Below the pieces are notes generated by a model. The model had not been told where the DNA came from and ran no database searches. It saw only the letters and a list, made by a program, of their open reading frames with translations. A stretch of DNA of 64,000 bases from Vitrella brassicaformis CCMP3155 (lineage: Eukaryota; Protista; Chromerida), in assembly GCA_001179505.1 (NCBI GenBank), contig CDMY01001040.1:62001-126000 (forward strand). The letters are read 5' to 3'. This document shows, one piece after another, positions 48,471-61,572 of the stretch. The position numbers and the translations under genes are program-made. Within the stretch, counting starts at the first letter, position 1. Every line of letters begins with the position of its first letter.

Positions 48471-50831
48471 TCAGTGGTGTTGCCTCGCGGGGCTGTCGCC
48501 CGTGGCCGGCTCGGGTACGTCCAGCCTGGCCAGCTCCACCGCATGCTGGTGGTGGGTAGGTGACTTGGAACGCGTGGACGCGTCGGATGGCTGCAGCAGC
48601 GGGGATATCTCGGAGGTGGCATTGGCCGGCACCTGACCACACACACACACACACACACACACACAGGGAAGGGATGGGAGAGGGGAGGGTAGGAGAGGGT
48701 GCATGTGTTGTGTTGTGAATTGGGTGATTGTTCGTCTCGTCGGGCCCACCCACCCATTTGTATACGACTTGGTTCTTGTCGATCTTGATGCGCCTGTACT
48801 CCCAATCGCCGCCAGCCATCTTGACGGGACCCTTGACACGAGCCGACTTTTCCTCTGCACACAACATAGATCACTTACACGGTGCATTTCCATGGAACGT
48901 AGTACTTTTCGGTTTCTCCTTCTTGGTTGGGGCGCAGCACATGCACCAGACCTCCTCTTCGTCGGCGTCGATGTCCCTGCTTTGCGGCGAGGATGCGTCG
49001 GTCTTCTTCTCGCCCAGGTGCACCTCCACCGACTTGACCACGTCCACCCATATCTCGTCAATCTGATGACACACACATAAGACAAGGCACACAACGATAT
49101 GTATGGCCGTGACGTGGAATCCCTTTCTGTGTCGGTGGGCTGACGCGTCACCTTCTCGTTGATGCGCCGTCGGGCGGACCCGGCAATCTTGCTCAGAATG
49201 CACCTGCAATCCAGCGACCACATTGCCAACGCCGTGAACGTATCGGGACACACACCACACACACAAGAAGCGCCTTGACGTCCTTACCCCTCGAGGCATC
49301 TGAAGCATGCCATGGATACGATGAAGGTGAAGTACAGCCAGTAGGCAAACTCCACCACCAGAATCAACCCGAAACGCTCCGTTGCAGGATCTGCAACAGC
49401 CAGACGGACCGGACACACACACAGATGATTGCATCGGCAGGCAGGACGCACAGGTGTGGTGCGGACGGGCGGGCGGGCGGACCTTGCAAGAGGGGGATTC
49501 TCTTGTGCGTGGCGCGAGGGCAGCCGTACTGCACAGCACAGGAGCAGAGCAGCATACCGGGCACTCCTCATGGCCTTCCTGTGTGTTGGTGTCGTGTTGG
49601 TGTTGTGTTGCGTGAGTGGATGTCTTGCTTGCCATGAAAGAGACGGTTAGGTTGAAGAGCACGATGCCCCACGCCGGCAGCCAAAAGAACAACCACCCCG
49701 CCAGCCGCCTGCCATACCATGGACGGTATGGATGATGCGATGCCACACAAACAACACAACCAACGCCCATTGATCATCTCACCCACGGCACCACCCAACT
49801 TACGTATCTACCTGCGGCATTGGACATCCCTCCTGACGTCCTGCACCAGCTTGATGGGCGTCTTCTTGTCCACCTGCCGCTCCAGCACGTACGCCCCAAG
49901 CCGGTTCTTGACGAGGGTGGGCATTGCCGTCACATCCCGCTTGAGCCAGGCGGTGCGCTCGGGTGGGACGGTGAAGGCCTCGCGCAGGTCCTGCTTGAGC
50001 TCGTGGAATCGCGTGTGCAGGGCGTCGATGACCTGCCCCTGCACCTCATCCTGGGCATGGTCCACCACAACCGTGATCAGCTGCAGGCAGGAACCATGAG
50101 GATGGACAAGAGACGCAGGGCTGCTGTGGTCTGTGTGGTTGGCTGGGAGACCTTGTTGATTCGGATGTTTCGAAGAATGGCAGCAGCGATGAGTCCGAGG
50201 AAGAGCAGGACGCTGAGGACCAGGGTGGCGAGGCCGAACAGACACCCGCCGAAGTTGGATGGCTTGAAGTCGGGGTCATGCACTATCTCGGCTGGCATCA
50301 GGTGCGCCTGGCATGACATCCCATTCCATCCCATCCACACACACAGACAAACATGTCAAGCCGTTGTTGCCTCTTAGGTGTAGATGGGTGTGCGTACGTG
50401 TCTGAGTCTGGGTATGGCGAGGATGGATGCGCAGATCCACAGGAGGAGCATGAGAAACAGAAACCCACAAGCGGGACATGGGTACCTCGGGTCCCATCCA
50501 CACATCCTGTCAACACACAAAACGGACAACAGAGATGCATCCCTCCCTCTCTCCCCCCTCAGTGGCAGTTTGTTCAGCTGACTGACTCGACTGACCCGAT
50601 GGGTTTGGGTGCGTCGACTTCGACGGCCACGTCCACATCCACCATATCCAGCTCCACGTGCTGCAGGTTTTCCAGCCCGCAGAACTTCTTGAAGTCCCGG
50701 GGACTGCTCGTCAGCGGCCGCCTCTCCACGGTCACTTCAGTGGGTGCGGCGTCGGCGCCGGCTGGCTGGGCCGCCTTGGGCGTCTCCTCTTGAGCCAGCT
50801 CCTGGAAGGCCGTCGGACTGAGGTCCACCAT
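48471..50831 (-). CDS. Uncharacterised multi-pass membrane protein, about 9 exons
   Basis: ATG 50831 (MVDLSPTAFQELAQE). Hydrophobic helices CLFGLATLVLSVLLFLGLIAAAIL, LAGWLFFWLPAWGIVLFNLTVSF and FGLILVVEFAYWLYFTFIVSMACF. The C-terminal soluble part contains GGDWEYRRIKIDKNQVVYKW. GT-AG boundaries. Confidence 0.7.
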
Positions 50832-52205
50832 GGTGCCCAATGGTCCGACACCTGCAGAATATTTTATACACACGGACACCCAACACAGCAAGAAGATGAT
50901 GAGGCAGTGCATGGAATGCGACTTGCACTGCAAACTGGCTCCGCGTATTCGTCATGTACTCTGTCTGAACATGCCTTGCTGCTGCACTGCACTGCCTATC
51001 TGATGCATTCTCGTCGCATCATGCTGCTCTGACTCGCGAGGTGAGGTGCGACGCGCGACCTCGTGGCCTTGCCGCTGACTGTGGCATCCACCCGCCGTTC
51101 CTTACCTGTATGAGTATGAGCTTCTAAGGCCTCCAGAGCGAAGGCTTCAGAGGGCCCACATGCGACCTCTCGCAAGCTGATCTCAGACGACTGCTAGTGA
51201 CTTCCCAATCGTCCTGACACGGGGCTAATGGCAGTAGAAGAAGGCGGTGGCTACGACGGGACGTCGCCTGGAAAATTGCGAGCTTATTGTGAAGTGATCG
51301 ACTCGAAAAGGCGGTTTTGTGATGGAAGTGGCGGTGCAGGCGTGTGAGCTCACAGTGTGCGTTTGTTTCCATTTAATATGCGACATGTGCCCGTCTTCGC
51401 TCTCATAGCTATCCCATCTCTCGGTGTGGGCTTCCGGGTACCGGCACTCACGGCAGCGACCGCCTGACGGATCTGATTTGATCAAGGCCGACGCCCAGCT
51501 GCCCTTGACGCGCCCATTTGCACTGACGAGGGGACGCGTGCGTCCTCACATCAGCCGATTCCTGGACGGAAACGGGACACTGCGGAGGACCGATGCGAAG
51601 TGCTCTCTAGGTGGGCAGGGAGGGGGGAGGGACGCAATCCCAGCACCACTGGCCTTGAACAGACAGCAAAGAGGCCATTCTCTGCCGTGGTGGCCATTGC
51701 AAAGCCTACTCATTGTCTGTCGGTGTGTCCTGCCTGCAGGATGTGCGACACTGTCCGTAACAATCCTCTAGCATCATCCCTTATCCGTGCCGCCTGAGAG
51801 CCACTTACCCACCCGAGATCGGACCAACCACGGAGGAAGGCGCCAGGAGGGACCTCTGCCCTTCTTCTATCTAGTACTTGCTTACTTAGCGGGCAGCGAG
51901 CGGCCCCACGCCAGCTGTCAATTTTCTCTTCCCCTTCCCTCGGGCGCGACACGACATCAAGCTCTTGGTGTCGTATTGATCCCGAGTAGGCAAAGGACGG
52001 GTCGCACCACAGGGAGGCACAGCAGAGAGGATGCTGCTGAGCTGAGGTTGGTTTGTCTGTCTGTTGGTGTCTGTCGTTGCCCTGTGTGTCTCAGGTGCAT
52101 CCGTGCATCCGTGTGTCTTGCTTCCGCATTGTGCCTACTGCGGTGCCCCTCTTCGGCCTGCCCGCAGCATCGCTTTGCTTGAGTCACCCCCATAAGTCAA
52201 TAGCC

Positions 52206-55200
52206 ATGGGCCTCATAGACATGGCCTACTCGACATACGACACCGCCGACGCACCTGCGCCGCCCCAGGACCCCACCCCCGCCCCCGCCCCAGCCCCCTC
52301 CATCCCCCCGATGCACAACACCTCTGACACGTCCGGCAGCAGCAGCAGCAGCAGCTGGGTTCCACTGCTCAAGGCCATCGCCAAGGAGTCCATCGAGATG
52401 TACTGGATCGAGTTCGTCCTCTTCGCCGTCTTCCTCTGCGGCCTCATCATCTTCCAGTCTCGTAAGGGCCCGCGGCGCAAGGGACCTACCCCCAGACCCA
52501 CCGGCAAGGCCAAGGACAGCAAGCAGGGCCAGAGGAGTGCCGCAGGCCCCCCCACCAGCCACCACTCCGTCACGACATCGCAGCCCGTGGCTTCTGCTTC
52601 TTCTCAGTACGGCCGGGGGAGCAGCAACAGCGGCAGCGGCAGCACGCAGGCGACCCGTTCGTCTCAGTCTCAGCGGAAGCAGCACAAGAAGAAGGACCGC
52701 AACTTGCCGCCATCGCAACACACATCCCCCGCCAACTCGGCTAGGGGATCGCCCGCTGAGCCCACGGTCAAGCCATCACAACAACACCAGCAGCAGCAGC
52801 AGCAGGGCAAAGACAACAGGGGGACAGAGGAGACCATGGTGGACCGCAAGGGAGGGGGGGAGAGGGACAGGGAGAGGGAGAGGGAGAGGGGCGGCCGGAC
52901 CCCCTCACTGCCGTCCACCTCGCCGAGCCTCAACCAAAGTGCGGCTGCATCGTCGCAGACGGTCGCCGCCACGGCTGAAAAGGCCACCTCGCCCATGCTG
53001 CCCTCCATCACGCAGACACACGGCCACGGCGGTGCCTCACTCGAGTCGACGCCATCCTCCAAGAGTGCCAGCGGCGTCTCCCACACACGCGATGCCGACG
53101 ACAACGGAGCCTCCCCCACCTTCTCTAAGGCCACCACGGAGGAGCAGCCCAGCCCGACACTCACCATCCTGCGGTCCTACCACCAGCATCACCAGCAGCA
53201 TCAGCAGCAGCAGCAGTTGATCACGCCCGACTTGACCCCGCTTGCCTACGGCCACAATGCCAAGGCTGCTGTGTGCGGCATGAAAGAGGAGGAGCCCCCC
53301 AAGGCACCGGCAAATGACACGCTGCCCCACCTGCCCATGCACCAGCCCATCCACGTCAGCACCGTCAAGCCCAAGGGGCAGGCCCCACCTCCCCCGCCCG
53401 GCCTCACGGCACCCCCAGGCATGACACCCAACCCTAATACGAGCAGCCAGGCGGCCGCACCTGCTGGGCTCCGGTGCAAAGCCGCTCCGTGGGCCGCGGC
53501 TGCCGGTGCACCCACCGAGCAGAGCGAGAGGGCGCCTGAGACACAGCCGACCACCGAGTTCCCGCCCCTTGCAGCGGCGCTCTCCACCCACGACCAGCCG
53601 GTGCATGGTCCATCCCAGCACTCTGGTGCGACTTCGAGCAGCACGTCAGGTAGGACTGGTCGTGGCGAGCGGCGGGAGGGGCCGACGGGCAAGTTCACGC
53701 TCAACATCAACCTCATGAGGGGGGAGACACCCAGCGTCACCATCACCCCCAACGCAAAGGATGTCAGCACCAAGTCAGCCAAGGCCAACAGCCCCACACA
53801 CACACACGCCCCTGTAGCCGACAGCCACGCCACCAACGGCACCCCTTTACCATCGCCGTCTCAGCCTGTGATCCCGACCATCATGCAGCGTCCCCAGCGG
53901 CAGCTGTCACCCACCCCGGGCCTGGAGGGGCAGAGCGGCACGTTCGACGAGTGTGTGGAGGCCATCGACAGCCAGGCCAAGGAGGGCAAGTGGGAGGGAG
54001 TCATCGAGGCATTCTACCGCCTGCGGCAGACGGAGAAGTTCCATCTCACCTCTTCCGCACTCACACAGCTTCAGAGGGGCACAACGCGCGGCTCCCAGAC
54101 GTGTGTCATCGACTCCGCCCGGATCGCCCTCCTCGCACAGGCCATCCTGAAGTGCTTGTCATCGTCAGGCGGCTTGTCTGGGAAGCTGCCGGCCCTCAAC
54201 CGACACGACACCACCACAGGCGGCGCGAAAGAGGGGGACAGCGACAGCACGGCCAAGGACAACAAGACCGACGAGAAGGGAGGGGGTGAGGAGAAGAAGG
54301 CCGATCCCGACCACCCCGCCCCCAGACCCTCCCAGGAGCACCCCGACATCCAGCTCATCGACGGCCTGCTTTTCGACTACATCCGGCGGCACACGGCGTG
54401 CATGAACTGCGAGTACCTCAACGCAGTGCTGGGGGTCATCGCACGGGACGGCGACATTTTCCTGATAGAGATGGTGGCCGAGGGGTTCGCCTCGCTGGGC
54501 GTGCGACCGAACGGGGCGTCGAATGCCCTGGTGCTGTCGGGTTACGCGAGGGCCAACATTGGCGGCGAGAAGGTGGCGGTAGCTCTGCAGAAGGTGCAGG
54601 GGGTGGATGGCAAGGGGGAGGGGGAGACGGCGGGGGGTGGGGGAGTGGGTGGGGTGCATCCGCGGTATCTGCTCACTCTGCTCAACCGGGCCGTCCTCGA
54701 CAAGAACCTGGGCGACGCCATGCGATACTGTAGTCTCATGAATCGGGTGGGTGGGGCGGGGTGGGGTGGGAGACACGGGGGGGAAACCGATATCGACCGC
54801 ACACTGTGTGTGGCTGTGCCGCGTGTGTTTGTGTCCTGATATCCATCAGGGCCAGCATCTTGTGCCGTCTCCGTTGCTGGCGCAGTTTGTGCGTCTGGTG
54901 TGGGAGGAGAGGCGTGTGGAGCAGCTGATCAACGAGATCGCAGCCGGGGAGTTCTGCTCTTGTGAGCCCATCAACACGTTCCTCGAGCAGGCCACCAAAG
55001 CCGGCAGTCTCACCCCGCCCCCTCCACCGCCCCCACCCCCATCAGCAGGAGATCAAGAGCACCAGAACGGACACCAGAACGGCCTCAGCCCACCACAGGT
55101 CAGCCAGCTGGTCAGACACTTAGACGCACGCACCTGCCATTCTATTGGTGTTTGTTATGTGTTGCTTGTGTCAGACGCCCCACTCGCAGCCCCCGCCACC

Positions 55201-55999
55201 GCCCCCCATTCCCCCTTTGCCGACCATCCCAGGCCTGGAGGGCGTCGACCTGACGCTAGTGTCCCGTATGGACCAGACGTCCCGCAAGGGCGGCATACCG
55301 CTGCTGTACTCAGCATATGACGCACTCATCAAGGCAAGCAAGAGGCAGAACTAAGCACATTTAAAAGGGGCAGGGCGGGAGGAGACCTCTTCACTCAGTG
55401 TGTATGGTGTGGCGTGCTGTGCAGTCGTATGCGCAGACTGGCAACCCGCAGGCCATCGAGCTGTTCGAGGAGATGCAGAGGCAAGGGTGAGTGGAGAAAG
55501 AGGGAGGGGCGACAGACAGACACCATCTGCAGAATATGACCGACCTGATGGATGCATTCATTCATGTTGTCTCCCTCCCTCATCAATCAGTTTCCGCATC
55601 TCCGAGGCCACGTGTGCGGCGGTGTTGGGGCGGTGTGCGGAGTCGCAGTATCTGCAGTTCGCTGAGAAGATCGTATCCTACTACAGGTGAGTGGAGTGCA
55701 CTCACCTGGGGGGGAAGAATTCGATCCATTCAGCCACTCAATCACTCACTCAGGAACTCACTCGCATACCATTTCCTGTCTGTCTGTCTGTCTGTCTTCT
55801 GATGTGATGTGTGTGTCGTAGGGGTCACAACCAGGGCAAGCTGACGCCGCAGATCTACACCGTACTGGTGCAGGTGTATGCCGCGGCCGGCCTCTTCGAC
55901 AGAGCATGCGACACATACGACCAGATCAAAAAGGTCAGCAGCATCACACCACACACAACTGACAAGACGAGACACTCACCAGACCTCATTGCTCTCCTG

Positions 56000-56032
<33 letters not shown>

Positions 56033-58178
56033 ATGAAGGAGGGCATGGAACCCACGTCTGAGATGCTGCAGAGCCTGACCAAGTTTGCCATCGAGTGCGG
56101 CCGCATAGAGTTCACCAAAGCCCTGTTCAAAAAGTCAGCCGCACACACACACCAAACCAAACCAAGCCCCCCTATCCCTCCAACCAACCAACTATTCCTC
56201 TCTCTGTGTGTTTACCCACCCCTCCCTGTAGGTGTCAGCCCGACATCAGCAGCTACATGAACCTCATCCGCGTGTGTGGCCGCGAGCGCAACGTGTCCGA
56301 GGCCCTGGGCGTGCTGGCCTCCCTCGAGCGGGACCCCAACGTGGAGGCCGACGCGGGTGCCTACAACAGCGTCCTCGACGTCTGTCTGACGCACAAGGAC
56401 CGGGACCAGGCCGAGAAGCTGTTCGACCGGATGAAGCGGGGGGGCAAGGTGGACATTGTGAGCTACAACACCATGCTCAAGGGGTACGCCGGCATGTGCC
56501 AGCTGGAGGCCGCAGAGCGAATGCTCGAGGCCATGCAGGGCGACGGATACACACCCGATGAGGTAGGTCAGCTGGGAGCACCGCAGGGAGGGAGGCGGAG
56601 GAGGGCGGGAGTGGCAAGGAATATATTGGTTGCGTCCATCGTCCATTTGTCTAATGATGGTTGTGTTGCAGGTGTCGTACAATTCGATCATCAATGCGGC
56701 GGTGTCGAGCGGCAATGTGGACAAGGCATGGGCCTGGATCGACTACATGAAACACAACAACATACAAGTAAGATAAGCATCAGACAGACAAGCATCATGC
56801 TAAGTCGACGCCACGCCCGTGTCTCTCTCTCCCTCTCGTCTCTCGTGTCTGTCTGTCTGTCTGCATCGATCGCATCAGGTTGACCGGTACACGTGTTCCA
56901 TCATGATCAAGAACCTCCGACCCACCTCATCGCGCGACGATGTCGGACGGACACTCCAACTCATGGACAATGTAACCCATGTACACAAACCAACACACAA
57001 CAACACAACACAACACACGTGGCCTCTCTCTCTCTCTCTCCCCTGTGTCTGTGTGTGTGTGTGTGTGTGTGTGTCAGATTGACGTGTGTCAGGACACAGT
57101 GCTGTTCAGCACGATAGTTGACGCCTGTGCGCGTCTGAAGGACACCCGTCGGCTGACGATCGCCCTGGACCAGTTCAAGCAGTCGGGGCTGCGGCCCAAC
57201 GTGCACGCCTACGGCACACTCATCAAGGCGTACGGACGATGCAAGCGACTCGACGAGGTGAGACGACGGACGGACGGACGGACGGACGCGCAGACAGAGA
57301 CATGTGTCCGTCCATGTGTGTGTGTGTGTAGGCGTGGGCGTTGTGGCGTGAGATGACGACGGAGCGTAAGTTGGAGCCCAACAACTACACCTTCGGCTGC
57401 ATGTTCGACACGCTCGTGTCCAACCAGTGCGTCGAACAAGCCATGGACCTCTTCCAAAAGTAACCAACCGATACACCACACCATACCAGCCCGGCCCACA
57501 CAGATATCCCTCCCTCGCACCGAGGCAAACAAGGCACACGTGATGTGATGCATTCATTATTTTGTCGATCAGGTTGGTGGGCAGTGGCGTGACGCCCAAC
57601 ACGGTGCAGTACTCGATTCTGATCAAGGGCTTCGCACAGAACAAGCAGATCGACAAGGCACTGCAGCTGTATAGAGACATGCAGGAGAAAGGCGTCCCCT
57701 GCAACGAGGTGAGGTGGGGGACGTGACCAACCACCCATCCCATCCCATCCACACAGACAGACCACAACACCCGCACACCCGACCCGCACACACGACACGC
57801 ATAACATGCCTCTCTCTGTGTGGTCGTGACACGACGGGTGTGTGTGACATGTCTTTAGGTGACGTACAACACGTTGATCCACGCGTGCACGTCTGTGTCT
57901 GACATGCGGCAAGCGGTGGACATCCTGGAGGACATGAACGCCTCACGGGAGCACCCCCCCGACCTCATCACCTACTCCACCATGATCAAGGGCTTCTGCG
58001 CGCAGGGCAACCTGGAGGCGGGCCTCGAGCTCTTCGAGTCCATGCGGGGCCGCGGCATACAGCCGGACACCATCGTATACAACACACTGCTGGAAGGTGC
58101 ACATGGACAGACACACACGCACGCACACACACACACACACAGAGAGAGAGAGGGGGAGAGAGAGAGAGACGGAAAGGC

Positions 58179-58209
<31 letters not shown>

Positions 58210-59894
58210 TGTCGACCAGGGTGTGCCCGTCGGTACAATCTGCAGATGACGGAGCAGCTGCTGGAAGACATGATCCAGTCGGGAGTGGCCCCCACCTCAT
58301 TCACACTCACCATACTGGTATGTATGGTTGGTGCGTCAGTGCGTGCAGTTAATGCATTGGTCCTCACACCCAGTGGCCCCCACACATATAATGACTGCCT
58401 TGTGCGTCTGTATGTGTGTATGTGTGATAGGTGAAGCTGTACGGTCGCGCCAAGCAGTTGGACAAGGCCCTGAGCCTGGTGACAGAGTTGCCCCGCCGCT
58501 TCAGCTTCGAGCTCGACGCGTACGTCTACACCGCACTCATGGCTGCATGTATCGCCAACCAACGACTGCCACTCGCTATCGAAGTGTTCGAAACGGTCAG
58601 ACACACCACCCATCCCTCCACACACACACACCCGCCCGCCCACACCAGACCAGACCCACACACATCTCTGCTGAAACATCTGTGCAGATGTTGCGCAAGG
58701 GTCTGCGTCCCAACGCCCGCACCTTCGGCACCATCATAGTGGGGTGTCTCAAGGGCGGCTCGGCCCAGCCATCCTTCCTCCGACACAACACGCCCGACGG
58801 CGATTCCCCGTCGTCACCTGGGGGTGGCGGTGTGGCCAACCCCAAGGATAGTTACGCGACCAACCCCAACGACAGCCACAAGTACATGATGAAGGCCATC
58901 GAATTCGCCGAGTCGGCCATCAACGACGGGCTGAGGCTCGAGGCCTCCGTGCTGGAGGCCTGTATCAAGGCCATCATGGAGCTGCCACACGATCAGCAAG
59001 AAGGTCAGGGACGGAGGGAGAGAAAGAGAGACCTACATTGCTGTATGAATGTGTCCACATAACATACATCCTTCCTTCCTTTTGTGTGTTGTGTGCTGTG
59101 CAGAGTTCGGTGGCCAGATGCTGGTGGACAAGCTGACGTACGCTGCGGCCCAGAGTGCGGCATTTCCGTCCCCCGACATGGACAGCCGCCGCCGCCACCA
59201 CTCGGGCAGCCCCGACCGGCACACCAATGGCAGGGGGGGCGGAGCCGGCAATCCATGGCAGCACAACACCATGCCCGGCTTCGGCAGCAGGCTCCGCCCA
59301 CAGGGCCCCACCAACATGTTCGACTCCACCGGCATGCACGACCAGGCCGCCATGGGATTCGACAGCTACGGTGGCCCCCAGCACCCGGGCAACACCGGTT
59401 TCGGCAGCCTGTGGGGCGGTGGTCGCGGCCGTGGTCTCCATCAGCAGATGATGGACCCCCAGCAGATGATGGGCGGGCCGAGTCCGGCTATCGTGATGCG
59501 AGGCAGGGGCGGCGGGCCGTTCCAGCACATCAGCAATGGGGGAGGGCCCAGGCCGCAGCCGGGACGGTTCGGCGGGTTCGGGATTGCTGATGGAGGAGGT
59601 GGGGGGTACGGCGGTGGTGGAATGGGCGGCGGTATGGGCGGCGGTGGTGGGTACGACATGGGCATGGGCAACGGGTACGGCTGCTTCCAGGGCCAGGCAC
59701 ACGCACCCATGGTCGACATGGCCTCATGGGGCAACGAGTACTACGGCGGCCATGCCGACAACAGCTGGGCCATGATGGGCGGCGGCGGGTTCGACCAGTG
59801 GAGCAACACCTGCCCCATGCAGCAGGACAACACGGCCGGCGCAGCGGTGGGCGGCAACCTGTCGGCTCAGGACATGAGACGCCGCAGGTTCTGA
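52206..59894 (+). CDS. Pentatricopeptide-repeat (PPR) protein with an N-terminal transmembrane helix, long disordered linker and Gly/Met-rich tail
   Basis: More than 10 P-class repeats (VSYNTMLKGYA, VSYNSIINAAV, HAYGTLIKAYG, VQYSILIKGFA, VTYNTLIHACT, ITYSTMIKGFC, IVYNTLLEGCA, YVYTALMAACI) across ~20 exons at 55300-58760. TM segment YWIEFVLFAVFLCGLIIF. Stop at 59892-59894. Confidence 0.95.
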
Positions 59895-61030
59895 CGCACT
59901 CACACACGTACGCACACATACACCGTACATAGAAAGATAGAAAGACGGGGAGGGAAAGGGGCAACATCACATCACATCACACCGAATGTCCATACTTATC
60001 TGCATGGCTCTGGCTGGCTGGCTGGCTGGGGTGGCTGTACGTTGGTTGATTTGGGAGGGCGAGCGAGACGAGAATCAAAGGCTGGATGTCACTCCCACCA
60101 TGCACCAAGTTAAGTTAGAGCGTTGGCTGATTTCAGGCGGGCTGACAAGAGAAATGCGCCTGCCCCGCCTGTGTGTGACACCTACTTACTGCCTCACGAA
60201 TTCATGCAACCAGCGGCTGGAATGCATGTGTGGGGCAAATTGGATGGATGGATGGATGGATGGGTGCGAGCGACGAGTTGTTGACTGCGAGATGACCTGA
60301 CCCCCACCTATGGGACTGTATATTCCACACAGGATTAGATACATACCTTCACACGCGCATTCATCTTCCTTGCCTGCGATGGACCGACTGCCTTCTCGCC
60401 CGCCCCTGTGTGCGTGTCCCTGCCTGCCTGCCTGTCTGTCTGTCTGTCTGTCTGTCTGTCTGGCCGAGTTGAGGTGTCTGTCGTGTCTGTCATGGGTGGG
60501 CGTAATTCGGTCAGAGGGGAGACGGACGGCAGCCAATTAATGAGAGAGAGCGGAAGAGAGAGAGAAGGAAGGTAGGTAAGGCAATGGAGAACTTTGATTG
60601 ACGGAAAGACTTAAGGATTCATTCGTACATACGATGGATGCCTCGATCAATGAACCAACTGATGGACTGACTCATGGTCGGACATCTGGCTAGCTACAGA
60701 AACTAATCAACCAATGGATGGCCAGATCTGATCTGTTTATATCGCCGGCCAGCAGCTGGCATATAATGAATATATCAAAGAGCGAGCACACAGGCACACA
60801 CACATACACACACGCCGCACCAATCAATCATGATCAATCAATACTCACACGCAGGCCACTTCAGAAAGCATTCTCACCAAGTACATTTCCCATGCGCCTC
60901 ACCCCAGCTCCGCCGCACCGAGATTCATGCAAAGGTCAGTCAGTCTGTCAGTCAGTCACACAGAAGTGCCCCACTCACTCTGATGCATGTGTCGCCTTCT
61001 GCTTGGTGATATGTGTCCTTGCTTGCTGCA

Positions 61031-61572
61031 GCTACTGTGTGCTCTTGTTCCTTATGGCGCTGAATGGCATCCTGGAGGCCTTCATGTACGCCTGTGCGAC
61101 ACCTCGTTGGCTGCAGCGATGTCAGTGGGCCAATGTCGCCATCAGCCTGTCGTTTGTTCTATTGGCCGTGCTGCTCAAGGACGTCGGTGCGGGCGGCCTG
61201 GGGCTCGTTTACGCCAGCTGGGCCAACATGGCCATGCGCATCTTGCTGGTTCTCTTCTATGTGGCCATGATGCGCCATAGGGGCGTGCTGTCGGCGTGGC
61301 GAGGGATGGGTGGCGCTGTCAGGGGTCCCGTATTGCCCAAGACAGTCAAAATGTGGGGCATTGTAGTGCTGGCCAGGCTCGTGTGTGAGGCGGCCATTGC
61401 GTGGGGGATGGAGGGGGGAATGCGGGCGGCACTGCTCCTCAGCAGTGACGCGGAAGGCGGCGCATCTGGCACCGCCATGGGGCTGTGGGGAGTGGCCTTG
61501 CGTGAGGCGATGATGGCTGCATGTGTGAGCGGTGTTGTGTTCGTGCTCCAGCTGGTTCGTGCTGACCTATAG
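61031..61572 (+). pseudogene. RFT1: C-terminal exon of RFT1 (lipid-linked oligosaccharide translocation protein) with no 5' exons found
   Basis: After acceptor ...cttgctgcag| the frame reads YCVLLFLMALNGILEAFMYA...GGLGLVYASWANMAMRILLV, closely matching the conserved Rft1 C-terminal motifs (LA.NG..E.F, G..LAN..NM..RI). The N-terminal two-thirds is not visible upstream. Confidence 0.7.
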
